Shown: positions 1-10,912, counted from the stretch's first letter. The stretch is DNA of 64,000 nt from an uncultured Chloroflexia bacterium (GCA_963797095.1 CAWCNY010000003.1:32001-96000); one strand, 5' to 3'. The notes: generated by a model from the letters alone, not told the origin. Numbers and translations are program-made.

Positions 1-174
1 TCTTGATAGCTGCTTCCCACAGTCTGGTGGTTGCACCCCAGTTATACTGGTACCTTGTGCACACGGTAACTGCACGGTCCACCTGCTCACCCAAGATATA
101 AAGACTTCGCGCACGCATATCTCTATTAGCAATAGGTTCTTGTTTAATCATATCTGTAATTCTCCTATTGGACA

Positions 175-729
175 CTACAATATCAGTCTGATCTCATTGT
201 CGGTAAGGGTATTGAGTTCCAAGCGGTCGGTATCTCCGCCTACAGTGGCGGCCCCAGGCTGGGCCGCGGCTCCGGTCGTCGTCTGGCTGCGACTTATCAG
301 AATCAGCGAGGCTTTGGAGGCCACAGGATACGCTGGGTTTCGGTGCCAAGTACCACGCCCAATGATAACGGCCTGGTTGCCTTCAACCAGGAAGGCCCTC
401 ATCTGATCAAGGTCGGGAACATCGGTTGGAGGGGCCGCTACGTGGATAAATGCCTGACCGCCCAATGGAACAAGGGTCTGCGAGAAAGCCCTGTGCCTAT
501 GGAGTTGCCTTACTACGTAGTCGGTGCGACGCATCTCAACGTAGACGACCATGAAGGCGCCGTCGAGCAACTCCAGCTCGGGCGATCCCCAGAACGAGCG
601 CTCCTCGTCACGAGCAAGGGGTTCATGATGAGGCATCCCTACCACATAGCCGAACGGCGCATATGCTTCTGGCGTCAGAACTTCAACCGGGATAAAACGA
701 ACCTTTGTGTTCGGTGCCTGTGCATCCAT
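175..729 (-). CDS. Ureidoglycolate lyase (AllA)-like cupin protein
   Basis: Motifs LTPEAYAPFG, LHRHRAFSQTLVP, RGTWH. ATG at 729 has an AGGAGGT RBS (737-743), so the ORF-track start at 837 is probably too long. Confidence 0.75.
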   Translation of the reverse strand: MDAQAPNTKVRFIPVEVLTPEAYAPFGYVVGMPHHEPLARDEERSFWGSPELELLDGAFMVVYVEMRRTDYVVRQLHRHRAFSQTLVPLGGQAFIHVAAPPTDVPDLDQMRAFLVEGNQAVIIGRGTWHRNPAYPVASKASLILISRSQTTTGAAAQPGAATVGGDTDRLELNTLTDNEIRLIL

Positions 730-936
730 TACATCTACCTCCTGGCATACGTACTGGCATACGTACCCTAAATGGTCCTGCTCTGAGGAACTACCCGGAC
801 GAATATTACGCTCGCCAATTTGGCCGGTAATCCTCATACGGTACCCAACTCGGCCGCTGGGGAGGATTATCTTCTCCCCAGAGCTCGTTCCTCCTTGTGC
901 AGATGGAGCGCGACCAGTCGAACAGCCCGGACTCCA

Positions 937-2673
937 TCATGGAGAGACTGTTGCTTCCCTGAAATCAATCATCCCATTGCCTCTCAGCACTATGCCTTTC
1001 ACCTTCACAGAAGCCATGTGCTGATCCTTCATGTGATCCACGAAGACCCAGGGAGCGTCGTCGTGAATTATCCCTATAGCCTGGTGTACCATCGAGATCC
1101 GCTTGTTTAGGTCGGTCTCGATCCGCGCTGCGTCGATCAACTTGTCCAGGTCGGGATTTGTGTAGTAAGTTGTGTTGAGCCCACCAGTACCTTCGGGTTT
1201 AGGTTGGCGAGATGACGTGAAGAAGTTTGTCAGGAAGTTGTCAGGGTCATTCTGATTGGAATACCATGCCCGTGGAGTCATCTCATATTTGCCGTCCAAG
1301 AACGCCTGATAATAGGACGCGAACTCCTGAGTTTCTATGTCGACCTTGATACCTACAGCTTCCAGGTTAGCCTTAATCACCTGTGCCATATCCGTAGGCT
1401 TCTGCATAGCGAAGCCACTTGTGGGCACGAGGAACTTCACGGTGAAGCCATTTGCGTAGCCGGCGTCCTTCAGTAATTGCTTAGCTTTGTCTGGATCGTA
1501 CGCATAGGGCTGCACACTTGGGTCGGCCCAATCGCCAAATACAGCTGAGAACGGGCCGGATGCGATCACCCCTGACCCATTAAGCACATCGCGGACAATG
1601 GACTCTTTGTCTACAGCGTAGTTCATTGCCTGGCGGACCCGTATATCCTTAAAGGCTGGCACGGTCTTCTCGTTGAGCGCCAGGTACCACACTTGCGGAG
1701 CCAGACCCTCGAAGAGCGTGAAATTGGGATCGCTGGACAAATCTTTGACCGAATCAGGTGGTATGTCGAGAGCAAACTGTACTGTGCCCGACCGCAAGGC
1801 AGCCACCCGACCCTGGTCGTCAGCGATCGGCAGGATAATAAGGTTATCTATAGCCGGTTTGCCACCCCAGTAATCGGGGTTCGCCTGAAGAACCAATCGC
1901 TCGCCCTGCTTGTACTCTGAGAGCTTAAAGGGCCCGGTGCCCACAGGGTTGCTGGCCAGTTGGTCGCCGTACTTGGCCACTGCAGCAGGACTTACCATAT
2001 AGCCCGCCCCCGTAGTGAGCTGGTACAGGAACGGTCCAACCGAGTGGGACAGGGTGAACTTGACAGTAAACTCATCGACCGCTGTGACATCCTTCACAGC
2101 CGACAGGTAGAGGGCCGCCAGCCGGTACTTGCCGTTGCCGGCCCCAGGCGCGTTCGGGTCAGTCTGGCGCTTGATGTTGTATACCACGGCATCGGCGTTG
2201 AAAGCGGTACCGTCCTGAAACATCACTCCCTTTCTCAGGTGGAAGGTATATTCGGTGCCGTCCGGAGAACTCTCCCAGCTCTCTGCAAGTCGAGGTATGA
2301 AGCCGGACTTGTCGTCCCTGGCCTCGAGCAGAGGCTCATATATCAGGTAGTTCCAGCGTAGGGTGCCCGTATCAAACATCTGGCTTACGTCGAGTGTGCT
2401 GGGCATGTTTGAGTAGGCCGCTACCAGCGTGGTGGTTCCGCTTCCTGCAGTGGATATGCTTGTCGGCGTGATCTGCCCTGCTATCGTCTCTGTTGGCGTC
2501 GAGAGATTGCCTGATGATGATCCCTGTGAGGTGAAAGTGGCGCTCGGTGCGATTACAGGAGTCGAAGTAGCTGGTGAGGAGGTCGTATCGCAAGCACTAA
2601 ACACTATCATAATCGACACCACCAGCAGCATCGACAGCAAATGGCCATCTCTTCGAGTATGTAGTCTAATCAT
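937..2673 (-). CDS. ABC transporter substrate-binding lipoprotein, family 5 (DppA/OppA-like)
   Basis: Lipobox IVFSAC, Ser/Thr linker, motifs LAESWE..DG..YTFHLRKGV.F.DG and PVGTGPFK. ATG at 2673 with AGGAGGA RBS. Confidence 0.92.
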   Translation of the reverse strand: MIRLHTRRDGHLLSMLLVVSIMIVFSACDTTSSPATSTPVIAPSATFTSQGSSSGNLSTPTETIAGQITPTSISTAGSGTTTLVAAYSNMPSTLDVSQMFDTGTLRWNYLIYEPLLEARDDKSGFIPRLAESWESSPDGTEYTFHLRKGVMFQDGTAFNADAVVYNIKRQTDPNAPGAGNGKYRLAALYLSAVKDVTAVDEFTVKFTLSHSVGPFLYQLTTGAGYMVSPAAVAKYGDQLASNPVGTGPFKLSEYKQGERLVLQANPDYWGGKPAIDNLIILPIADDQGRVAALRSGTVQFALDIPPDSVKDLSSDPNFTLFEGLAPQVWYLALNEKTVPAFKDIRVRQAMNYAVDKESIVRDVLNGSGVIASGPFSAVFGDWADPSVQPYAYDPDKAKQLLKDAGYANGFTVKFLVPTSGFAMQKPTDMAQVIKANLEAVGIKVDIETQEFASYYQAFLDGKYEMTPRAWYSNQNDPDNFLTNFFTSSRQPKPEGTGGLNTTYYTNPDLDKLIDAARIETDLNKRISMVHQAIGIIHDDAPWVFVDHMKDQHMASVKVKGIVLRGNGMIDFREATVSP

Positions 2674-3047
2674 TGACTTGTCCTCCTTTTCTTTTTGGAA
2701 CCTAAAACCATTTACCACATCGCTCTGGCGCAAGGCGATTTATCGGCTTCTTGGCGTAATGGTAAGTCCAGGTCGTTGATACGGCTCTCTACAGAAGCGG
2801 TCAATTAGCCCCGAAATTGCCTAGTTATCCAGGTACTAGTCATTGTGCTGCGCCTGTTATGCAACAATGCCCAAAATCGATCTGTCCGCAGATTTGTCCA
2901 CACGATAGCTATAGGCTGTGAAAAGCTGCCAAGTGCAAAAGCCCAATAGCCAAGCTCGCCCCATTCTATGTGTGCATAGCCCCCCATTTCCCGGCCTCTG
3001 AACACGCTATTTCAGCCGGCACCAGTAAACCGCCCGAACAATCTCTC

Positions 3048-4466
3048 CTAACCGCTGCCAGCATCTGCAACTACGGTGGCTTCCACCTGCTGTGGTGCGG
3101 ACTCTTCAGACCTTACTGACAGGTATCGCATAATATCCCGGACTCTTGTTTGAGCATCGGACGCCACGACCGCCCGTATGACATTATTCTTCTGCTGCTC
3201 ATTCAGTATGCCGTGCGACAGACGCCTGAACTTCTCGCTGATATCGAGGAGGGTGAGGGGTTGTTCTGGGTCACCCCTGGGAGCGCGACAGGTACCTTCA
3301 AGTACCCGACCATCTTTGATGTAAATCTTTACTGTAGCACCCAGATAACGATCTACTTCTGCCTGGCTCTCTTGATCCACGTGCACGGTGACCCGGCGAG
3401 ACAGGTCATACAGCAAGGGGTCCGTATAGCGGCCAGGACTCAACTGCTCCAGAGACACCTGTCCATCTGCTATGGCAACTGCTACCAAGTAGGGTAGGTT
3501 CATCGAGGCGGCAAGCCAATGCGCCGGGTACATGCGATCAAGTAGGTAATACACATCTATAGTGCCAATGTCTATGCTTTCGATTTGTCCGGGCTGCAGT
3601 TGGTTCCTGGCACGCAGGTCCAATATTGTATCGATAGCCGCATGTGTGAGGGCGGACGAAGCATGAACCTTTTGAACGACATCCATGATCTGATACTGGT
3701 ATCCCAGACCTGTCGTGAGTTTTCCAGGGTTGGCTGATCCTGACACTGCTTGCAGGTAGCCCCTGCGTCCTTCGAGGATGGTGCAACCCGCTGAGTAGCC
3801 TTGCCTGGCCAGTAGCGCTGACATTATTCCATCATGGGCAGCTTTGCCTGCCAACAAGTGCCAGCCGTCGTAGTAGAACGAGGCTTCGTTCAGGCCAGAC
3901 GCCTGGGTGCCGGCCAGCCCTAGCGCATTGCAGGCCATCTCAGCGCTTTCTATGCCCAGCAGAGAGAGTGCCGCTACCGCCGCGCCGAAAGCGTTTGGCC
4001 CGCCTCGCGGATGCCAGCCCTTGTTGAAAGCCCGAGTACCGCAAGCTGCTGCCACACGCATAGTGATCTCGTAACCGAACACGATCGCTCGCAACAGATC
4101 AGCCTCAGAAGCATTTACCATTTCGGCTGTGGCAAGAGCGGCCGGAATCACACCCACGCCAGGGTGACCGAAACCACTTTTCGCGGTATCCTCTAGCTGA
4201 GTGCTTCCAAAAGCCCCGTTCATGAGTGCGGCGTGTGGTGCATCGATCCGCAAGGCAGTGCCTATCACAGTTGCCTGCGGTGGTCCTGCGATTGGCTGGA
4301 CTGATCTGATTAGCTTGCCTACATGCTCTAGCAACGATCCGGCGAGTGTGTATCCGAGATAATCGAGCAAGCATAGTTTCGCCTTGCTTACGACGAGCTC
4401 TGGAAGGGGGACCTCGCGATGATCGTATAGGAACTGAGCTAATATCTTGGTGGCCTCAGACGACAT
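3048..4466 (-). CDS. MmgE/PrpD family protein
   Basis: LLDYLG, GHPG..VIPAALA, GYEI, GWHP, PRGDPEQPL motifs. Confidence 0.9.
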   Translation of the reverse strand: MSSEATKILAQFLYDHREVPLPELVVSKAKLCLLDYLGYTLAGSLLEHVGKLIRSVQPIAGPPQATVIGTALRIDAPHAALMNGAFGSTQLEDTAKSGFGHPGVGVIPAALATAEMVNASEADLLRAIVFGYEITMRVAAACGTRAFNKGWHPRGGPNAFGAAVAALSLLGIESAEMACNALGLAGTQASGLNEASFYYDGWHLLAGKAAHDGIMSALLARQGYSAGCTILEGRRGYLQAVSGSANPGKLTTGLGYQYQIMDVVQKVHASSALTHAAIDTILDLRARNQLQPGQIESIDIGTIDVYYLLDRMYPAHWLAASMNLPYLVAVAIADGQVSLEQLSPGRYTDPLLYDLSRRVTVHVDQESQAEVDRYLGATVKIYIKDGRVLEGTCRAPRGDPEQPLTLLDISEKFRRLSHGILNEQQKNNVIRAVVASDAQTRVRDIMRYLSVRSEESAPQQVEATVVADAGSG

Positions 4467-5670
4467 CTATCATCTCTCGCTCTAGAGTGGTGATATACTC
4501 ATAACCATCATCGGTCACAAGGACTGTATCCTCCAATTGCCATCCGCCGAGCCCAAGGCTATAAAGGGGGACCTCAATGCAGAGCACCATCCCCGCTTCC
4601 AGCGCAGCGCTTCCCGCCTCTGTTGCATACATGGAGCCGGGGTTTGGACTAACTACCGGATAATCGTACGGGTGCAGACCAATCCCATGTCCTATGTGGT
4701 GGCGGTCAAAATGGGGTATCCCAGCCTTCCGCACAGCCTCAATACCAGCCCGGTAAATGTCTCTTGTCAGCGCTCCCGCACGCACCCTGCTGAGTGCCGC
4801 CTCGTATCCTGCTCTTATGGCGTCGTAGGTGGCCTGCGCCTCGTTCCGAACATATCCAACGGCGAGGGTCCGACCAAAATCGGCCCAATAGTCGTTGTAG
4901 CGCATTACACCATCGAATCGTATAAGATCGCCCGCCTTCAGAATCATTCGCCGAGTGTCGAGCCACGGCCCTCCACCCATCGTTCCAGCTCCAGTCGAGG
5001 AAAAAGCGTACTCCCCTCCAAGCTGCGCGATCTTCATTCTATAATGCTGCAGGATGTCTGCAACGGTCAATCCGGGTCGTGCTGCGGCCCGCATTGCCAG
5101 ATAAGCCGCCTCGTTGACCTGCGCCGCCTTGCGCAGACAGTTCACTTCGTCCGGGGTCTTCACTGCTCTGGCCATCCTCATCAGGTCACCAGCATCCAAT
5201 ATATGTGCTTGAGGAACTTGTCGCTTGAGCAATTCATATTGTGTGGCTAGATACCCTTCAGTATCTATACCAATGCGCCCGTTGGTGACTCCTACATCGT
5301 GGAGGGCACGGACAACGGCATCCAAGGCCGTGGGGAAGTTGCTACTCCGCATCAGGTCGGCATATGACCGTTCGTACTCGTTTGCCGTTTCCTCCGGTGG
5401 GTCAGTGACGACAAATTTGCCGTAGAGAAAGGTTCTGGATGATGTGAGTCTCTTGCCGAGAGTGAAGCCTGCGTTCACCCCTGGCAGTATCAGGGTAATG
5501 TCGGGTTGGGTTCCGGTAAGCACGGCGTATTCGTCCAACGCGGGGAAATACTTGGTGAGAGGACTGCTGTAGCCGGTCAGATAGGTGACATTTTCCGGCA
5601 AGGTCACTACCAGAGCGTCAAGCTCAGCTTCTTCTTTGAGTTTAAGGAGGCGCTGCTGGTGAAACATCAT
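4456..5670 (-). CDS. M24 family Xaa-Pro peptidase / creatinase-like protein
   Basis: N-terminal creatinase domain (PENVTYLTG). Metal ligands in D...Y.ADFGRT, GHGIGL, CIE and LEDT. Confidence 0.9.
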   Translation of the reverse strand: MMFHQQRLLKLKEEAELDALVVTLPENVTYLTGYSSPLTKYFPALDEYAVLTGTQPDITLILPGVNAGFTLGKRLTSSRTFLYGKFVVTDPPEETANEYERSYADLMRSSNFPTALDAVVRALHDVGVTNGRIGIDTEGYLATQYELLKRQVPQAHILDAGDLMRMARAVKTPDEVNCLRKAAQVNEAAYLAMRAAARPGLTVADILQHYRMKIAQLGGEYAFSSTGAGTMGGGPWLDTRRMILKAGDLIRFDGVMRYNDYWADFGRTLAVGYVRNEAQATYDAIRAGYEAALSRVRAGALTRDIYRAGIEAVRKAGIPHFDRHHIGHGIGLHPYDYPVVSPNPGSMYATEAGSAALEAGMVLCIEVPLYSLGLGGWQLEDTVLVTDDGYEYITTLEREMIDVV

Positions 5671-5708
5671 ATTCCCTGCTGTCCGGACGGAACTTGCTTA
5701 ATTTATGT

Positions 5709-7112
5709 TCAGTTCTTCCAACGGTCAGAAGCCAATAGTCGGGTAAGGGTGCGAACCGATGGTTGTTCGTTGGCGCTTATCACCCAATCCCATACCTGTG
5801 ACGCACGCTTGTCACTCAATGCTGATGATGCGAGCCTGAGGAACTTGTAGTGGATATCTTCAGGGTGAAGCGGGTCACGAGGATCACCCTTGGGGTAGGC
5901 CCGGTGTCGCTGCAAGATGCGCCCGTCCTTGAGAGTAACGGTCACATCCGAGGGCAGATTTCCCGGGAGTTGTGCCGTGAGCTGCGGGTCGGCCGTTACC
6001 CTCACCCTGTCAAAGAGGTACCTCACAACAGGGTCTTCACGTCTCGACGGGTCGAACTGCGGATCCAATACCTCGCCATCTTCGAAGGCCACGGCCAGCA
6101 AATAAGGCAGGCTGTGTGGTCCATCCAGACGGGTTTTAGGCCATACGCGCTCATGCAGGTAGTGAACATCAATAGTACGAACATCAATGGCCTCTATCAT
6201 ATTAGCAGTAAGTGAGTAGTCAGCTTTGAGTTCGATCATCAGATCAATTGCCGAATGGGTCAGAGAGGAAGAAGCGTGGCGCTTGCGAGTTATCGAGGAT
6301 ATTTCATATTTTTCACCGAGCCCCTCCAGGATACGCTGAGGGTTAGGAGTAGCGGCCACGGCCTGTAGATAGCCTTTGCTTCCTTCGATGACGGTGCAGC
6401 CGGCAGACCAACCTTGGCGGGCCAAAAGCGCGGCCAGCACTCCATCCTGAGCGCCACTACCCGAGAGCAGTAGCCAGCCGTCATATGGTGATGATGGCTC
6501 AACAAGACCCGAAGCTTGAGTGCCCGCAAGACCAAGGAGCGCACAGAACTGATCTTCTGTCTTCAGGTCCAATGCCTTGCCCGCGGCAGCTGCAGAACCG
6601 AACACATTGAAGCTGCCTCGCGGGTGCCAACCTCGGTTGAACGTACTCCAGCCGACGGCAGCACCTACGCGCATCGAAATCTCGTACCCCGCAGTGATCG
6701 AAAGGAGAAGATCGGCACCCGTCCTGTCAAGCGCCTCGGTCACAGCCAACGCCGCAGGCACGACGTTCACGCCCGGGTGGGCGAAGCTCTCAGCTGCCGT
6801 ATCCTCCAGCAAGAAACTGGCGCTGCCCAGCACCCCATTTACGAGGGCGGCATCTCTCATATTGGCCGTGCTACCATCACCGATCAGGGTGGAGTCGGAG
6901 GAATGACCAAACTGCTTTACCATATCGAAGATTTGCCTCGATTGGCTTCTGGTTGAACCAAGAAGAGCGCAGCCCAAGTAGTCCCCTAGGCTGAGGGCTG
7001 CCTGCAACCTTACCATATCTGGCAGGTCCTCAAAGCGGACCCTTGCAAGCCACGCAGCCAATGCCCGGGTAGGTGTAGTGGCGGATTTCTCAATGGGAGA
7101 TTCTGTAATCAT
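5709..7112 (-). CDS. MmgE/PrpD family protein (paralog of 3048-4466)
   Basis: LEDT...AHPG.NVVPAALA, GYEI, GWHPRG, PKGDPRDPL. Clearly homologous to the 3048-4466 protein. Confidence 0.9.
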   Translation of the reverse strand: MITESPIEKSATTPTRALAAWLARVRFEDLPDMVRLQAALSLGDYLGCALLGSTRSQSRQIFDMVKQFGHSSDSTLIGDGSTANMRDAALVNGVLGSASFLLEDTAAESFAHPGVNVVPAALAVTEALDRTGADLLLSITAGYEISMRVGAAVGWSTFNRGWHPRGSFNVFGSAAAAGKALDLKTEDQFCALLGLAGTQASGLVEPSSPYDGWLLLSGSGAQDGVLAALLARQGWSAGCTVIEGSKGYLQAVAATPNPQRILEGLGEKYEISSITRKRHASSSLTHSAIDLMIELKADYSLTANMIEAIDVRTIDVHYLHERVWPKTRLDGPHSLPYLLAVAFEDGEVLDPQFDPSRREDPVVRYLFDRVRVTADPQLTAQLPGNLPSDVTVTLKDGRILQRHRAYPKGDPRDPLHPEDIHYKFLRLASSALSDKRASQVWDWVISANEQPSVRTLTRLLASDRWKN

Positions 7113-7141
7113 TCGGTGCCCCTACTATGAGTGATAACCGA

Positions 7142-7861
7142 TCAGCCGATGTTCGCACGGTCGGCATCATAGTGCCGGGCGCGCTCGATATCCTCGGCTG
7201 CTTGGGCCAAGTGGTCATACATACTCTTCTCAGCGGCTTCAGGATCGTGTGCGATCACTGCCTCGTAGATATGCTGATGGAAGTCTAGAGCGCGGTAGGC
7301 CACATGGGGTACCCTCACTAGAGTCTCGCGGCTGGCTTGAAGCAGGTGGACGATAGGTTGAACAAGCACACGGAGCACGATATTCTGTGTAGCGTTTGCA
7401 AGCTCGGCATGGAAGGCCGTATCATATCGGACAAATGCCTCTATATCGTCAGTTGATGACCGCATTCCCTCAAGATTGGCTGCCAGCGCATCAATATTCT
7501 CTGCTTGAGCATTCCGAGCAGCCAATCTTGCTATGGGTACTTCGAGGAGACGGCGGGCTTCGATGAGGTCATCAAACGAATGATCTTCGAGCTTGATTAT
7601 CAGTTGCAAGCTGTTGACTACAGTCTCTATTGGCGGCTGGGTAATAATAGTACCTCTGCCTGGTACTACATCCACGAGCCCTTGCATAGTGAGAGCTTTG
7701 ATAGCCTCACGCACAACTGTGCGGCTGACCCCAAACTGCTCGCTCAATTCCGGCTCGCTTGGCAGGTGATCTCCCGGGCGCATTCGGCCCGTCAGGATCG
7801 ATCTCGTTATCTGGTCGATGATACCTCTGTAAAGTCGATCTCTGGTAAGTGGCTCGAACAA
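7142..7861 (-). CDS. FadR/GntR family transcriptional regulator
   Basis: PGDHLPSE.EL...FGVSRTVVREA wHTH followed by an FCD domain (D.AFH..LA.AT.N). Confidence 0.95.
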   Translation of the reverse strand: MFEPLTRDRLYRGIIDQITRSILTGRMRPGDHLPSEPELSEQFGVSRTVVREAIKALTMQGLVDVVPGRGTIITQPPIETVVNSLQLIIKLEDHSFDDLIEARRLLEVPIARLAARNAQAENIDALAANLEGMRSSTDDIEAFVRYDTAFHAELANATQNIVLRVLVQPIVHLLQASRETLVRVPHVAYRALDFHQHIYEAVIAHDPEAAEKSMYDHLAQAAEDIERARHYDADRANIG

Positions 7862-7927
7862 AGTCTCCTCCTAAGGTTTCGATAGGAAAGAATCTGGGGC
7901 GTCCTTCTGGGACGTCCTATCGCATGG

Positions 7928-8692
7928 CTAACTTCGTACCGCTTTCAGGAACGCATTTGCACTGCTGGCTATTAGACCCTGGACGGAGTTGAGGCAAATA
8001 GATCCCCCACTTTCGACGATTTTCTTTGCGGCATCAGCCGTACCTGCTACCGTACCAACGAACAGCCCTGCTGACTTCACGAGATCAAATACCTGCTTTA
8101 TCACGTCTTGCACTGCAGGGTGCCCTGGGCCATCGTAGTAACCCATGGTCATTGCCAAGTCACGGGGCCCAACGATTACGCCGTCCACGCCTTCTACCTT
8201 AACCATTTCCGGGAGATACTCAAGTGCCTTGATATCCTCGAACTGGGGTAAGATCAAGGTTTGCTCGTTAGCATAGCTTACATACTGAGCCTGGCTCATC
8301 CGCCCTGTCATGTAATCAGCGGCTCGGATAGGACCAAGACCGCGGATGCCGAGAGGTGGATACTTTACATAGGACACGAAGTTATGAACGTCTTCGGGTG
8401 TATGCAGGCCTGGCATCATTATGCCCATAACACCAGCATCCATGAACTGCAGTATGAGTTTCTCGTCGTTGGTGCGGACCCGGGCAAGAGGAGTAATACC
8501 GACAGCCTCACATGCCCGAACCAGATGTTCTGCATGTGCAGCGCTTAGCGCACCATGCTCGCCATCCATCATATAAAAGTCAAAACCCAAAAGCCCGATT
8601 AACTCTGCGAGGATCGGGTCGTTATTAGGAGCTATTACTCCATAGATCGGCTGGCCATTCTTGAGCTTACTCTTGGCAATATTCTCGCGCAT
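7928..8692 (-). CDS. HpcH/HpaI aldolase family protein
   Basis: DGEHG, LARV, KYPPLG.RG, PQFE, VGPRDL motifs. Confidence 0.92.
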   Translation of the reverse strand: MRENIAKSKLKNGQPIYGVIAPNNDPILAELIGLLGFDFYMMDGEHGALSAAHAEHLVRACEAVGITPLARVRTNDEKLILQFMDAGVMGIMMPGLHTPEDVHNFVSYVKYPPLGIRGLGPIRAADYMTGRMSQAQYVSYANEQTLILPQFEDIKALEYLPEMVKVEGVDGVIVGPRDLAMTMGYYDGPGHPAVQDVIKQVFDLVKSAGLFVGTVAGTADAAKKIVESGGSICLNSVQGLIASSANAFLKAVRS

Positions 8693-8764
8693 AACCTTCT
8701 CCGTGACCTGACTAGATTACCCCGCCGCACAAAAGATCATCTAGAAACGAAGAACATTCATGAT

Positions 8765-9307
8765 TCAATGAAGATCAGCGACTGTACCATCCGCTATCTT
8801 CTGTCGAATGTAGGATATCAAGCCGCCTGCATCCGCAATTTCGGTGACAAAGTCAGCTATGGGCGCACCATAGATTTCCTGCTTGTTGGTGAGGTTACTT
8901 ATGCGCCCGGTCTTGAGGTCTACTTCCAATTCATCACCCGTGCTCACGATCTTGGTGATGCCTCTACAGGTTATAAACGGCAGGCCATTATTGATGGCGT
9001 TGCGAAACTGCAGACGCGCAAACAAATCGGCGACTACAGCCTTGATACCGGCACCCATCAGACCCAATATCGGATGCTCTATGCTCTTGCCCCCCCCTCC
9101 AAAATTGCTTCCAGCAACAACGAAGGTGAATCCCATGTTCTTGAAAGCATTTTCGTCTTGAAAGGCGGGATCCACCCCTTCCATGATCCACCTGCTGTTG
9201 AGTTCGGGATCCAGCGGGTCGGTCCAGTGCTTCTGTGGTACGAGGTCATAGGCGTAAATATGTTCTCCGCCTACCCATGCCTTGCCTCTAATTACTGAAT
9301 TCTTCAT
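8765..9307 (-). CDS. LeuD/DmdB-like aconitase swivel (small subunit)
   Basis: VVAGSNFGGG, FARLQFRNAINNGLP. Start taken at MKNSVI. The usual DTD and GSSRE motifs are diverged. Confidence 0.85.
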   Translation of the reverse strand: MKNSVIRGKAWVGGEHIYAYDLVPQKHWTDPLDPELNSRWIMEGVDPAFQDENAFKNMGFTFVVAGSNFGGGGKSIEHPILGLMGAGIKAVVADLFARLQFRNAINNGLPFITCRGITKIVSTGDELEVDLKTGRISNLTNKQEIYGAPIADFVTEIADAGGLISYIRQKIADGTVADLH

Positions 9308-9326
9308 TGTTCCGGCAAGCTCCTTA

Positions 9327-10592
9327 CTACAATTCTCTGGGGTCAGCAATTTCGCCTTTGAGGGCTGAGGCAGCAACCACTGCGGGTGATGATAGGTATA
9401 TCTCGGCATTGCGGCTGCCCATACGTCCTTGCATGTTGCGGTTGCCGGCGCTTATTATGACATCGCCGTCGCCGGCTACGCCGGTATGGATACCGGCGCA
9501 AGCAGCGCAACTTGAGGTATCGACAGCACCACCTGCCTCCACTATAGTTGCAAGGTATCCGGCGCGTGCCGCTTCAAGATAGACAGTCTGGCTGGCTGGC
9601 ACTACCAGCAAATTGACGTCCGGGTGTACCTGCTTCCCCTGCAGAATGGCCGCCATGATTGCAATATCCTCAAGGCGGCCATTAGTGCATGTGCCCAGAA
9701 ATGCCTTATTGATCTTTCGCCCGACCACCTCTTCTACGGGCTTCACATCGTCAAGTTTGTGCGGGAGAGATACGGTAGGCCCAACGTTTGTGACATCAAT
9801 CTCATATATCTGGTCGTACTTTGCATCGGAGTCGCTTGCCAGCATCACCCATGTGTCGGATGTGCGCCCTTTCAGGTACTGGGCGGTCACCTCATCGGGA
9901 GCGATAATGCCGTTCTTGGCACCCAGATCTACAGTCATATTACACAGGGTCATTCGACCGGCCATACCAAGTGCAGATATGGCTGGTCCCTCATATTCAA
10001 GAGCCTTGTAGATCAGGTGTCCATTCCAGTGCATCATACCCATGATGTGCAAGCTGAGATCTTTAGCCATTACCCAGGGTTGCCACTCGCCATAGATATG
10101 GAACTTCACACTCTCCGGTATTCTAAACCAGCACTTGCCAGTAGCCATAGCCACGGCCGCGTCGCTTACACTCACTGCGTTTCCTACCGCTCCAACAGCG
10201 CCGTATGTATTGGCGTGAGAGTCAGTACCGACGCTTACGGTGCCTGGCCGCACATGCCCTTGTTCTACCATGATCTGATGAGCTATGCCCTGACGGCCCA
10301 GATCGTAAAAATGGACAATATTGTGAGCTTTGACCGCTTGTCGCCATTCGTTGAGCATAGTCGCGAATTGCTGCGTCGGGGGCGGAACCAAATGATCGGA
10401 CACACAGATCACGCGTTCTCTGTTGAAAACAGCCGGAACGCCCAATAAGTCGAATAGGTCGAAGGTAGACCTACCAAGATAGTCCATCGTCATTACTGAG
10501 TAGATGTCTGCGAACACTAATTCGCCGGGTGAGACTGTGTCTCGTCCAGTAGCGAGAGCCATGATTTTCTCTGTGATCGTCATTCCTGCCAT
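9327..10592 (-). CDS. LeuC/HacA-like aconitase-family hydro-lyase large subunit
   Basis: SDH, GTDSHANTYGA, Fe-S ligands GTCTNGR and CAAC, NRNM.GRMG. ATG at 10592 with GGAGGA RBS. Confidence 0.92.
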   Translation of the reverse strand: MAGMTITEKIMALATGRDTVSPGELVFADIYSVMTMDYLGRSTFDLFDLLGVPAVFNRERVICVSDHLVPPPTQQFATMLNEWRQAVKAHNIVHFYDLGRQGIAHQIMVEQGHVRPGTVSVGTDSHANTYGAVGAVGNAVSVSDAAVAMATGKCWFRIPESVKFHIYGEWQPWVMAKDLSLHIMGMMHWNGHLIYKALEYEGPAISALGMAGRMTLCNMTVDLGAKNGIIAPDEVTAQYLKGRTSDTWVMLASDSDAKYDQIYEIDVTNVGPTVSLPHKLDDVKPVEEVVGRKINKAFLGTCTNGRLEDIAIMAAILQGKQVHPDVNLLVVPASQTVYLEAARAGYLATIVEAGGAVDTSSCAACAGIHTGVAGDGDVIISAGNRNMQGRMGSRNAEIYLSSPAVVAASALKGEIADPREL

Positions 10593-10865
10593 CTGTGTAT
10601 CCTCCAAAAGCATCAGATCTATGAGAATATGAACGAATACCTAGAGGGTGCCGTTGGCGATCCGAAGGTAGCATTGGGTGAAAAGCCTATTGCTTATGGT
10701 GCGAGCGAATTAGTGGTAATCCATACAGGAAACCCTACTCCTTGTCCACAGCGTATCGTAGGCGGTGAAAGCACGTAAAGCAGAACAACCTCAATACACA
10801 CCTTCAGCTTCGAAAACTCGGGCTGTAGAGATCCACCAAAGAAACTCAAGCACGGTCAAGGCTAG

Positions 10866-10912
10866 ACATATGATGTTATGATGAGCATATCATAATCTGG
10901 AGTACTTGTCAA
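10866..10912 (-). promoter_or_regulatory. Sigma70-type promoter of the catabolic operon with candidate GntR operator
   Basis: Minus strand TTGACA (10912-10907), 17 bp, TATGCT (10889-10884). CATCATA repeats and a near-palindrome ACATATGATGT lie at the predicted start site. Confidence 0.65.

Noticed and set aside
742-766. 12-bp tandem duplication CTGGCATACGTA as a regulatory element
   Set aside because: Only two copies and no supporting context; most likely slippage.
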